A stretch of DNA of 64,000 bases from an uncultured Pseudomonadota bacterium (GTDB taxonomy: Bacteria; Pseudomonadota; Alphaproteobacteria; Rs-D84): NCBI GenBank assembly GCA_947303585.1, contig CAMYYT010000002.1, positions 2,326 to 66,325 on the forward strand. The letters are read 5' to 3'. Positions 9,508 through 18,109 of this stretch are shown here, one piece after another. The notes beneath the pieces were generated by a model. The model had not been told where the DNA came from and did not search any database. It saw only the letters and a program-made list of their open reading frames with translations. Each line of letters opens with the position of its first letter. The first letter of the stretch is position 1. A program made the translations under genes and the position numbers.

Positions 9508-9536
9508 TTGACTTAAAGCGCCGTTTTCTCTACGAT
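9508..9536 (+). promoter_or_regulatory. Putative promoter TTGACT-17-TACGAT upstream of hupB
   Basis: Hexamer spacing read from the sequence. About 100-nt leader to the hupB RBS. Confidence 0.35.
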
Positions 9537-9644
9537 TCGGTTAAGCAGTGGAGGCAATGTCTTTGGAAACCAAGATATTGTTCCAAGGGCAAGGCCTTTG
9601 AAAACTGCCGGACAACCTTAAACTCTATATGAAAGGAGAAACAT

Positions 9645-9917
9645 ATGAACAAACAAGAATTGATTGAAGCAATTGCAAATGAAGTTGAAGTTACAAAAGC
9701 AACTGCAGCTGGTTGTTTGGATGCATTCATCAACACAGTAACAAAAGTATTAAAGAAAAAAGGCGAAGTTCGCTTGGTTGGTTTTGGTACTTTTGCAACA
9801 GCAAAACGTAAAGCAACAACAGGTCGTAACCCACAAACAGGTGCACCAATTAAAATTGCTGCTTCTACACAACCAAAGTTCCGTCCAGGAAAATCCTTGA
9901 AGGATGCTTTGAACTAA
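9645..9917 (+). CDS. hup: DNA-binding protein HU
   Basis: MNKQELIEAIA...GFGTF..RKATTGRNPQTGAPIKIAAS..KFRPGKSLKDALN. Strong RBS GAAAGGAGA. Confidence 0.9.
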   Translation: MNKQELIEAIANEVEVTKATAAGCLDAFINTVTKVLKKKGEVRLVGFGTFATAKRKATTGRNPQTGAPIKIAASTQPKFRPGKSLKDALN

Positions 9918-9941
9918 ACCAACGGTTTGTTTAGAAAGGTT

Positions 9942-9973
9942 AAAAACATCCGCAGATTTGCGGATGTTTTTTT
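9942..9973 (+). terminator. Rho-independent terminator
   Basis: AAAAACATCCGCAgatttGCGGATGTTTTTTT. Confidence 0.7.
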
Positions 9974-10053
9974 ATGTAATTTTTCCGCTGGACTTAATCT
10001 TGTAAATAGCTTAAAATAAATGCGTGTACAACAACAACAAAAGGAAGGATACG

Positions 10054-10503
10054 ATGCCAGCAAAAAAAACAACAAAAAAAATGTCAGTTAAAAAAACTGC
10101 TGTTAAACCAACGCCTGTAATAGAACACAAATGTGAATGCGGTGAAAATTGTCGTTGCCATTGTCATGGTGGGGCACACTTTATTAAACATTTGATTGTT
10201 TGGGCAATCATTTTTGCTTTGGGTATGGTGTGTGGTAAAATGATGTATTGTGGACATGGACCAAAACATATGAAAATGAAACACCCAGTATTTGTAAACG
10301 GATGTTTGGATATGTCTTCTATTGAATGCCCAATGATGAAGGAAAAATTGATGAATGCCGATGTAAATGGTGATAATTGCATTTCTGTTGAAGAATACAA
10401 AGTTGTAAAAAGAGAAATGAAAAAAGATATGCGTCATGCCAAAGGTTTTCATGAACCAAACATGCCAGAACCAATGCCAGAACCAGAAGTGAACAATCAA
10501 TAA
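10054..10503 (+). CDS. Small membrane-anchored Cys/His/Met-rich protein with a C-terminal EF-hand-like calcium-binding loop
   Basis: RBS AGGAAGGA before ATG 10054. N-terminal HKCECGENCRCHCHGGAH, one TM, then DVNGDNCISVEE matching the EF-hand loop pattern D-x-N-x-D-x-x-I-x-x-x-E. MxxM/MPEP motifs. Confidence 0.55.
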   Translation: MPAKKTTKKMSVKKTAVKPTPVIEHKCECGENCRCHCHGGAHFIKHLIVWAIIFALGMVCGKMMYCGHGPKHMKMKHPVFVNGCLDMSSIECPMMKEKLMNADVNGDNCISVEEYKVVKREMKKDMRHAKGFHEPNMPEPMPEPEVNNQ

Positions 10504-10513
10504 AATAGTGCGA

Positions 10514-10545
10514 TAAAAAAACCTGCTGAAAAGCAGGTTTTTTTA
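10514..10545. terminator. Bidirectional rho-independent terminator
   Basis: AAAAAAACCTGCTgaaaAGCAGGTTTTTTT between convergent genes. Confidence 0.7.
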
Positions 10546-11010
10546 ATGCTTTAAAATTCTAGATTTACTTCTTTCCCATTCACGTTGTTTAATAGTTTCG
10601 CGTTTGTCGATTTTGTTTTTACCATAACCGATACCAAGCAATACTTTTAATCTGCCACGATTATTAAAGTATAATTTTAATGGGACTATGGTTGCGCCTT
10701 TTTCTTGCAATTTACCAATCAAACGATTTATTTGGTTGCGGTGTAATAATAATTGTCGTTGGCGTCTTTCATCAAAATTGACTATGCGTGCCGCAGTGGG
10801 TAATTTTTGAATTTCGACCCCAGCTAAAAATAAATTATTCCCGCGTTTTTGAACAAAACCATCAACGATAGTTACTAATCCATAACGAATAGATTTTATT
10901 TCTGCCCCGGTCAATGAAATGCCTGCTTCAATAGTATCATCTATTGAATAAGCAAATCGCGCTTTGCGATTTTCAGAAACTTGACCAAATTTTATTATCT
11001 GACGTGACAT
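10543..11010 (-). CDS. smpB: SsrA-binding protein SmpB
   Basis: MSRQIIKFGQVSENRKARFAYSIDDTIEAGISLTGAEIKSIR.. ATG at 11010 preferred over the upstream TTG. Confidence 0.85.
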   Translation of the reverse strand: MSRQIIKFGQVSENRKARFAYSIDDTIEAGISLTGAEIKSIRYGLVTIVDGFVQKRGNNLFLAGVEIQKLPTAARIVNFDERRQRQLLLHRNQINRLIGKLQEKGATIVPLKLYFNNRGRLKVLLGIGYGKNKIDKRETIKQREWERSKSRILKH

Positions 11011-11057
11011 AGCACAGATTTTATACGATTTTTTCAGAAAATCCAATGTTTTTTTGT

Positions 11058-11810
11058 TTATAGAACTATCTTTGGATAGAGTTTTTTAGTGTTTTGTAAT
11101 AAAATATCTTCCAGCTCTTTTAATTCAATATTTTTGATTTGTGCTAACATTTTTGCTGTTTCAACAACAAACGCAGGTTCGCAAACTTTGCCGCGATGCG
11201 GTACAGGTGCGCAATACGGTGAATCAGTTTCAATTACAATTCTGTCTGTTGGAATTTTTGCAAAAGTTTCGCGTATAGATTCAGCGTTCTTAAAAGTTAT
11301 AATACCGCTGGCAGAAAAATAAAAACCGCGATCCAACATAACCTTTGCCAATTCCCAAGATGAAGTAAAACAATGCATAACGCCATGATATTTATCGGTT
11401 AAAATCGCAGCAGTATCTTCGTCTGCATCGCGCGTATGAATAGCCACAGGCATATTATATTTATACGCGATTCCCAGTTGTGTTTCGAATAGTTTTATTT
11501 GCGCGTCTCGTTTTTGTGGTTCGTAATGATAATCAAGCCCAATTTCACCAACCCCCAAAACCCGCGGATGATTCAAGATATTATCAGTTAAAAAATCGTT
11601 TGGATTCAAATCTGTGTGGTCCGGATGTATCCCAGTAGTCACAAAAATATTATCGTGCGTATTCGCAATTTGCAATGCGGTTTTTATATCTGTTCCTTCG
11701 GCAGTAGCACAAATCAAAGTTTTTACACCTGCTGCATCGGCGCGTTCAATAATTGTGTCAACACCACCATCATATTCATCCGTTAAATGGCAATGAGTAT
11801 CTATAAACAT
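11058..11810 (-). CDS. tatD: TatD-family metal-dependent DNase/hydrolase
   Basis: MFIDTHCHL.., conserved His/Asp/Glu ligands of TatD. Confidence 0.85.
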   Translation of the reverse strand: MFIDTHCHLTDEYDGGVDTIIERADAAGVKTLICATAEGTDIKTALQIANTHDNIFVTTGIHPDHTDLNPNDFLTDNILNHPRVLGVGEIGLDYHYEPQKRDAQIKLFETQLGIAYKYNMPVAIHTRDADEDTAAILTDKYHGVMHCFTSSWELAKVMLDRGFYFSASGIITFKNAESIRETFAKIPTDRIVIETDSPYCAPVPHRGKVCEPAFVVETAKMLAQIKNIELKELEDILLQNTKKLYPKIVL

Positions 11811-12703
11811 TTTTTAATCTCGGCTATTATTTTGAATATAGTTATATCGGCGCGCAGATTTAATCTGTTAATATCAGCGATAGTATTGCTGGCCATCGGA
11901 TACAAATCAGCCAAACCAAAATGAGCAATTGCATCTAATACAATGCCAAAAAGAGCAGGGTGTTCAGCTATCTTTGTTGCGACACTCATCATATCACTTG
12001 CGTTTGAATTTTTATCAGTTAATACATGTAATAATTCTTCATAGATAATATCGCCACCAGATGCTTTCAAATTGGCTATCTTGCCAAAACTACCATTTGC
12101 AAGTTTTAATATTTCAGAACTTATTTCTTCTTCGCCCATAAATTTAACGCATAATTCGCGAAGTTGAGAAATTGTAAGCGGACGCATTTTTTCAACGCGT
12201 GCGCGTGACCGCACTGTTGGCAATACATTAGATAATTGGTGTGTCACCAGTAAAAACAAAGTTTGTTGTGGTGGTTCTTCCAGTAATTTTAAAATCGCGT
12301 TTTCTGCGGCTGTGTTTAATTCATCAACAGAATCAATCAATATAACACGCCATTTGCCAGACATAGAAGACATTTGCATTTTTTCAATCATTGCGCGCAC
12401 AGTATGTACATAAATCTCTTTACCATCTGTTTTGGGTTTGCCGTCTTTGTCTATGTTGTTTTCCATATCGACTATAAAGAAATCACCGACATTACCATAT
12501 ACCATCTTTGCAATTTTATAAGCTAATGTTGCTTTGCCAATTCCGCGTGGACCACACAGCATCCATACGGGGTGTATCGGGTATTTATCGCGTTTATTCC
12601 ATGCATCTATAAAAGTTTTAAGAGTGTCTTCGTGTCCGATTAAACAGTCATTGTCTATGGGTTTTGGAAAATTAAATAAAACTTCTTTTTTCTTGGTGGC
12701 CAT
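11801..12703 (-). CDS. holB: DNA polymerase III subunit delta'
   Basis: AAA+ clamp-loader fold with CGPRGIGKATLAYKIAK and hydrophobic 'LIDSVDELNTAAENAILKLLEEPP'. Confidence 0.8.
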   Translation of the reverse strand: MATKKKEVLFNFPKPIDNDCLIGHEDTLKTFIDAWNKRDKYPIHPVWMLCGPRGIGKATLAYKIAKMVYGNVGDFFIVDMENNIDKDGKPKTDGKEIYVHTVRAMIEKMQMSSMSGKWRVILIDSVDELNTAAENAILKLLEEPPQQTLFLLVTHQLSNVLPTVRSRARVEKMRPLTISQLRELCVKFMGEEEISSEILKLANGSFGKIANLKASGGDIIYEELLHVLTDKNSNASDMMSVATKIAEHPALFGIVLDAIAHFGLADLYPMASNTIADINRLNLRADITIFKIIAEIKKCL

Positions 12704-12705
12704 AA

Positions 12706-13884
12706 CTATTTGCCCCCCAACATAACAGATATATTTTTGAATACGCGACCAAAGAATTGAATTTTTCTAATTCTCTCTTTGGCAACCAAAGGAATCCGTT
12801 TAACAATATCGCCGTTTTTTTCGATAACAACTTCACCGATGGTTTGTCCAGCCTTGATCGGCGCGGCAATTGGTTCTTCGTATCGCGCCAAAACACGAAT
12901 ATTTTTTAACGGATAATCTTTGGGCAAAGTTATCGCCACGTTTTCACCTGTGGTTGCTTCTATTTCTGCTTTGCGTCCATACCACACAGGTATTTTCAAA
13001 AGCGTATCACCTGTGCGATAAAATACTTTTGTATATGTATTTTTATACCCATAATTTAATAATTTTTTCATTTCTTCGGCTAAACCATCGTGTCCTTTGC
13101 CACGGAAACCGTTTATAACCCCAATTAGACGGCGTCCGCCCACTTTGGCACTAGCAACAACACCATAACCACCTTCGTCAGTATGTCCGGTTTTAAGACC
13201 GTCAGCCCCGGGCATCTGGAATAATAATTTGTTATAATTCATAGTATGAGATTTGTTCCAATCACGACACCAATCCGTTTTTGTGTCTGTAAATTCAAAA
13301 CGTTTTGTTGCAAACATTGGGTAAATATCAGGATATTCATCAATTATATATTTTGCCAATATTGCTAATTCTTTGGAAGTCATCAAATTGTTATCGTGTG
13401 GCAGACCGCTTGCATTACCAAAAGTCGATAGATTCATCCCAATTTCATGTGCTTTTTTTTGCATTAATTCTGTGAATTTAGATTCGTCCCCTGCTAATTT
13501 TTCTGCAACCGTCACAGAAGCGTCCCCTGCAGAAAGCACAATAATGCCCAATATTGCGTCTTTGACCGTTATTTGTTGCCCAGTGGTTAAACACATTTTG
13601 CTGGCTGGATACCATAGCGGATTTTTATAATCTGCATTTTCAGATACAGTCAACAAATCATCCATTTTCAAATCACCAGATTTAATCGCATCAAAAAGTA
13701 CAGTCAAAGTCATCAATTTTAACATGGAAGAGGGCGGCATCAAAACATCTGCGTTCTTGGAAACAATTTCGTGCCCGCTGTCGTAATCAATTAAATAAGC
13801 AGACTTAGCCTTGGTTTGAAAATCATCAGCATTGGCAAAGCCAATATTCAAACACATACATAAAATCAGGAACTTCTTCAACAT
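12706..13884 (-). CDS. D-alanyl-D-alanine carboxypeptidase (PBP5/6 family, S11 peptidase)
   Basis: Signal peptide, SMLKLMT (SxxK) and SGD, KTG motifs. Confidence 0.8.
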   Translation of the reverse strand: MLKKFLILCMCLNIGFANADDFQTKAKSAYLIDYDSGHEIVSKNADVLMPPSSMLKLMTLTVLFDAIKSGDLKMDDLLTVSENADYKNPLWYPASKMCLTTGQQITVKDAILGIIVLSAGDASVTVAEKLAGDESKFTELMQKKAHEIGMNLSTFGNASGLPHDNNLMTSKELAILAKYIIDEYPDIYPMFATKRFEFTDTKTDWCRDWNKSHTMNYNKLLFQMPGADGLKTGHTDEGGYGVVASAKVGGRRLIGVINGFRGKGHDGLAEEMKKLLNYGYKNTYTKVFYRTGDTLLKIPVWYGRKAEIEATTGENVAITLPKDYPLKNIRVLARYEEPIAAPIKAGQTIGEVVIEKNGDIVKRIPLVAKERIRKIQFFGRVFKNISVMLGGK

Positions 13885-13949
13885 TTCCTTGTGATAATAG
13901 CAACAATAATCACTAATGCCAATATTTTTTTATAAAAATAACAATAAAA

Positions 13950-14600
13950 TTACCTTGGATAACAAGAGGCTTTTGGTTGTTTGGGGGTTATAGATTTTTG
14001 AGCGATTTCCATTACAGAATAGATTTTAAATATAAATTCTGGGTTGCTTTCGGTATATCTTTCAATCACGCCAGTAATTTGAGAAACTGTTTTTCTAATA
14101 TTTTTAACAGTATGTGTGCGCGGTATGCGGAACGAAGAGCCGTCTATGTTTAATATATCTGAATCACGAATAATCTGTAAAATTGTCTTTTTTGTGTCGC
14201 CAGGCAGGGCATTAGAAACCCCATTTGCGACAATTTGTAAAGTTTTTGGATCTGCTAATACAGATTGGTATTGTTTAAGGGCAGGGTAGGCCCGCATTAC
14301 TTGGCGAATATAATTACGAACAATGTGTGAAGCGAAAGTATTTGCTTTTTTGTGTAAATTTATCAAATGCAAGATTATTAAAAGCGCAGAGATTAAAACC
14401 GCAGATACATCAATAACGCTGGTTTTAACCATTTCCTTTTTTGTTTCGGGCTTGTTGGCAGGATGATGATTCAAATTACATACGACAGCACAAAACGCCG
14501 TAGCGTACACGAGCATTATCAATAGTATAATCGACATATATCTGGCGCTGATTCTGTTTATAATAGGTTTTTTGTTCTTCGTCATATTCTTTACTAGCAA
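13950..14600 (-). CDS. Hypothetical membrane-anchored protein, paralog A of a tandem pair
   Basis: Same architecture as 14677-15378 (N-terminal TM, then ..ALKQYQSVLADPKTLQIVANGV.. versus ..ELKEFENVLSNPEALDKVAAYV..). Confidence 0.55.
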   Translation of the reverse strand: MLVKNMTKNKKPIINRISARYMSIILLIMLVYATAFCAVVCNLNHHPANKPETKKEMVKTSVIDVSAVLISALLIILHLINLHKKANTFASHIVRNYIRQVMRAYPALKQYQSVLADPKTLQIVANGVSNALPGDTKKTILQIIRDSDILNIDGSSFRIPRTHTVKNIRKTVSQITGVIERYTESNPEFIFKIYSVMEIAQKSITPKQPKASCYPR

Positions 14601-14639
14601 CGGCTATTTTAAACCTAAAAATCATATCGTCAACATTTT

Positions 14640-14669
14640 TATTAAGAAAAACCCCGCAAAAGCGGGGTA
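14640..14669 (-). terminator. Rho-independent terminator for the 14677-15378 gene
   Basis: On minus strand CCCCGCttttGCGGGG followed by TTTTTCTT. Confidence 0.65.
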
Positions 14670-14676
14670 TAACCAA

Positions 14677-15378
14677 TTAGATGTGCTTTACATTGATATT
14701 GGCTCGATTTTGTTCTGCCAGTTCATCTCTGTATATTTTATAATTTAATTCAAGCAACAAAGTTTTCAAGCCATTTCTAAATTCAGGATGGAATCTAGCG
14801 TGGTTTTCAACGACTTCAATAACACGGCCTTTCAATTTTTCTACTTCCGTAATACGTTTTACATCCAGTACGTCTGCTTTAGGGTCTAAGTTTTTAAGAT
14901 ATTGATTAATCATATGTGCCACCAAATAACTTTCTCCAAGTATATCGTGGATTTCTTGTTGTTCGCTTGGGCGCAAATTATTGAATACATAAGCGGCAAC
15001 TTTGTCCAAAGCTTCTGGATTAGACAAAACGTTTTCGAATTCTTTTAATTCAGGTTGGTTAACAAACAATTGTTTAAGGTATTTTAATGCTGTATTTGCA
15101 GCAGCTTTATCCAATTTTTTATTTACTTCTGACATAAATACGGCAATAAGCGCAACAATGCCAACCACAAAACCGCCTTCTAAAATATGTCCGCGTAATT
15201 GGATGTCGTCAGATCTGCCTTTGTTGGCAAATTCAATGAAACCACACGCACCGGCGCCAAAAGCGGTTCCTGCCAGTATCAATAATGATAATACATGTGC
15301 TTTGTAAAGCGCAGTGGCTTTGTTGATGTTAAAATTTCTAAATAAATCATTTATAGTGTGTTTTTTCATAATTTTCAC
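14677..15378 (-). CDS. Hypothetical membrane-anchored protein, paralog B of a tandem pair
   Basis: See paralog A. Several conserved stretches visible by eye. Confidence 0.55.
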   Translation of the reverse strand: MKIMKKHTINDLFRNFNINKATALYKAHVLSLLILAGTAFGAGACGFIEFANKGRSDDIQLRGHILEGGFVVGIVALIAVFMSEVNKKLDKAAANTALKYLKQLFVNQPELKEFENVLSNPEALDKVAAYVFNNLRPSEQQEIHDILGESYLVAHMINQYLKNLDPKADVLDVKRITEVEKLKGRVIEVVENHARFHPEFRNGLKTLLLELNYKIYRDELAEQNRANINVKHI

Positions 15379-15451
15379 CTTTTTTTCTTGTTTGATAAAG
15401 GTATTATAGACCTAAAAATTGTTTTGTCAAGTTTTAAATACGAATTTTTAT

Positions 15452-16288
15452 TTATCGTAATCTTTGCATTGCGTGTATATCTTCGCCCTGGTTTTGGCGT
15501 ACGCGTTTATATGCCCAAATTTGGTTTTTATTAATCATAAAACGGCAGTGGTTCGGGTCCATAAACAGATGTTCGGGCAAATAACAATAATGAAATGTTT
15601 CGAAATATATAACGCTGCCAACATGTGTATATTTCATCAATGACGCCAAAATTTTCAAACCATCAGGTTCTTTTATATAATCAATAATATTGGAAAGGTG
15701 CATAAAATCATAAGTTTTATCTAATTTTTCATGCAGCGACGCTATGTCAGACCAAATAAAATTAAAAGGTTCAGTAATAACTTCTCGCATTTTTTGGAAT
15801 TCTGTTAAATAAGGGACAGGTTTATTTGTACCTAAATAAGAATCAGGGTTCAGACCGTGATTGAACAATCTGCAATTGCGCATTGCAGCAATATACGCTT
15901 TTTCTTCGTATGGCAATTTTTCAATTATCTTTGGCATATTTTCGACGGATAATAAATCTTCGGCAAAATAGACAGCTTTCAAAAAGTTATAATATTCGGT
16001 ATGTTTTAATACTGGCAAAGCGGCCGTTTTGATATCCATAATTAATTTTGCGTTATAAGATAAATCAAAAGTATCGATATTTTTTGCGCCATATATTTTC
16101 ATAAACATAGGATGATCGCCAGACCCGGTAACAGTCAAAGCGTTTTCAGTGACCTTGGGCATAAATTTCATGGCGCTGCGTATATCTTCATTAGTCACAA
16201 CATACGCAGTAGAATATTTATCAAATTTGCCGTTAAACCCAATGTTTTTTAAAAGATACTCTTTCGCAGCATTAATATCTGGTGCCAT
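15452..16288 (-). CDS. Hypothetical protein (possible DUF3419/BtaA-like SAM-dependent transferase; weak)
   Basis: Long ORF with coding-like composition. LTVTGSGDHP resembles the SAM-binding motif of DUF3419 proteins, but assignment is uncertain. Confidence 0.45.
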   Translation of the reverse strand: MAPDINAAKEYLLKNIGFNGKFDKYSTAYVVTNEDIRSAMKFMPKVTENALTVTGSGDHPMFMKIYGAKNIDTFDLSYNAKLIMDIKTAALPVLKHTEYYNFLKAVYFAEDLLSVENMPKIIEKLPYEEKAYIAAMRNCRLFNHGLNPDSYLGTNKPVPYLTEFQKMREVITEPFNFIWSDIASLHEKLDKTYDFMHLSNIIDYIKEPDGLKILASLMKYTHVGSVIYFETFHYCYLPEHLFMDPNHCRFMINKNQIWAYKRVRQNQGEDIHAMQRLR

Positions 16289-16360
16289 TGTTCTGCCTTT
16301 TTTGTATTTATAATAATAATTAGCACAAAAAAACAGATTGTCAATATTTTTGTGGCGTTA

Positions 16361-16389
16361 TTGACTTTTGGTGTTTCGCTTGATATGCT
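16361..16389 (+). promoter_or_regulatory. Putative promoter TTGACT-17-TATGCT
   Basis: Good -35 and 17-nt spacer upstream of the hydrolase gene. Confidence 0.4.
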
Positions 16390-16411
16390 GATTGTATAAA
16401 GAGAAAAAAGT

Positions 16412-17251
16412 ATGCAATGGGAATATGTAGAAATTAAAACAGACCAAGACATATTTCTTAATGGTTTCTATGCTTCCAAGGGCAATAAATCTTGCGCGAT
16501 ATTTATTCCTGGCGTTTCTGGATGTTTTATTGAAAATAAATTTGCATGTGTGCTGGCACAAGATTGTGTGAAAAACAATATAGATTTTTTGTTTGCTCAT
16601 AATCAGGGGTCTTTTCAAATTATAAAATTGCCATGTTTAAAAGAAGAAGATAAATTATCCAGTAAGATGCTGGGGGCTGCATATGAACATTTTGATGATT
16701 GTGTCTATGATTTAGATGCTTGGTTCAGGTTTGTTTCTGGTTACGAAAATTTATATGTAATCGCACATAGTTTAGGTTGTAATAAATTGTTACATTATTT
16801 ACAGAAACATAAAATATCTAATCTGAAAAAAATCGTATTACTAGCCCCCGAAGATTTGGCAAACTTTATAAATATACCTGAACACAGTGGTATGCTGACA
16901 GAAGCAGAAACAAACCTTGCTGCAAATCAGCCAGATAAAATTTTATCTAAAAAATTCTTGGGTTATTGCGTGATATCCAGTCAAACTTATTATGATTTTG
17001 TTAATAACAAGAATATTAATAACATCCCATATAAAACACCATATGGTGATATGTCTGCATTAAAAAACATAGATTGCCCATTGTTTGCTGTTATCGGTGC
17101 CAAAGAAGACGAAAGGGCGACTGAATATATGCAAAAAATAGCAGACGTTGTTAAATATGGTAAATCTGCAGTGATTTCAGATGCTAATCACGTATTCAAG
17201 AATCAAGAAAAGATATTATCTTTGACTGTTATGGAATTTTTAATAAATTAA
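16412..17251 (+). CDS. Alpha/beta-fold hydrolase (esterase/lipase-like)
   Basis: Nucleophile elbow VIAHSLGCN (GxSxG), oxyanion region IFIPGVSG. Confidence 0.6.
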   Translation: MQWEYVEIKTDQDIFLNGFYASKGNKSCAIFIPGVSGCFIENKFACVLAQDCVKNNIDFLFAHNQGSFQIIKLPCLKEEDKLSSKMLGAAYEHFDDCVYDLDAWFRFVSGYENLYVIAHSLGCNKLLHYLQKHKISNLKKIVLLAPEDLANFINIPEHSGMLTEAETNLAANQPDKILSKKFLGYCVISSQTYYDFVNNKNINNIPYKTPYGDMSALKNIDCPLFAVIGAKEDERATEYMQKIADVVKYGKSAVISDANHVFKNQEKILSLTVMEFLIN

Positions 17252-17353
17252 ACAACGGGTGTGTATATGAACGATAAATTTTATGATTTAATGATATGGT
17301 CTAAATTGCATAGTGATTATTTAAAAGAACAAAAATGAAAACAAGATTTTAAT

Positions 17354-17370
17354 TTGGCGGAGACGAATTC
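17354..17370 (-). repeat. Partial direct copy of tRNA-Ser 3' end (tggcggagacgaa..)
   Basis: 13-nt identity with the 3' end of tRNA-Ser about 196 bp away. An inverted partial copy (atcccttcgtcccgcca) lies at 17484-17500. Confidence 0.5.
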
Positions 17371-17549
17371 CTGTCTTGATAAACAATAATAAAAATTATA
17401 AAAATCTCGTAAACTTCAATTTTTGAAAATTTTTCTAATTGTTTATCTGCGGATTCGCCATGCGCGCCTTTGCACTCTGGCGCATCCCTTCGTCCCGCCA
17501 GTTAAAATCAAAAAAACCACCGTTGGTGGTTTTTTAAAATTTTAATCCC

Positions 17550-17640
17550 TGGCGGAGACGAAGGGATTCGAACCCTTGATACCCTTGCGAGTATACCACA
17601 TTTCCAATGTGGCGCACTAGACCAACTATGCGACGTCTCC
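17550..17640 (-). tRNA. tRNA-Ser (anticodon GGA)
   Basis: Class II tRNA: acceptor GGAGACG/CGTCTCC, discriminator G, anticodon stem CCACA/TGTGG with loop TTGGAAA, long variable arm, T-loop TTCGAAT, CCA encoded. Confidence 0.85.
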
Positions 17641-17652
17641 GGATTGTTTTTA

Positions 17653-18036
17653 TTATTCTTCGTCTTCGCCTTCGTCTGGTGTATCGTCCCCAGCGTCAGC
17701 GATTCCATCTGTGGTATCATCAACCAAAGAATTTTCCAATTCTGCGTCAATTTCGCGCAACATAGGATCTTCACTGGTGATTTCCAAAGCAGCATCTTCA
17801 TCAACCACGGCAGGTGTATCTTTGTAAGATTCTACAAATTCGTGACGCACTTGATTCACATCCAATTTACCACTGGCAATTTCCCGCAAAGCAACGACAG
17901 TCAATTTATCGTTTTCTTTGTCAACCACCGCTTCGGCGCCACCGTTCAAATCACGAACGCGTTGCGAAGCCAACATTCCCAGTTCATATCTGCTTTCTAC
18001 AAAAGGTAAAGTGTCAGAATTTGTTACACGTGCCAT
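17653..18036 (-). CDS. rpoZ: DNA-directed RNA polymerase subunit omega (long alphaproteobacterial-type with acidic tail)
   Basis: MARVTNSDTLPFVESRYELGMLASQRVRDL...ENDKLTVVALREIASGKL matches RpoZ N-terminus. Confidence 0.85.
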   Translation of the reverse strand: MARVTNSDTLPFVESRYELGMLASQRVRDLNGGAEAVVDKENDKLTVVALREIASGKLDVNQVRHEFVESYKDTPAVVDEDAALEITSEDPMLREIDAELENSLVDDTTDGIADAGDDTPDEGEDEE

Positions 18037-18109
18037 AATAAAATCCTTTGTTGAAATCGTTTTTAACTACGATATAATGCATTAAGAAGTCTAAAAAATC
18101 AAGCAGAAA

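Noticed and set aside
10084-10500. 138-aa minus-strand ORF antisense to the EF-hand/Cys-His protein gene
   Set aside because: Antisense shadow ORF with a His/Phe/Trp-rich low-complexity product. The sense ORF has the strong RBS and terminator.
17508-17804. 98-aa minus-strand ORF spanning tRNA-Ser
   Set aside because: Overlaps a tRNA gene and the rpoZ 3' end. Spurious.
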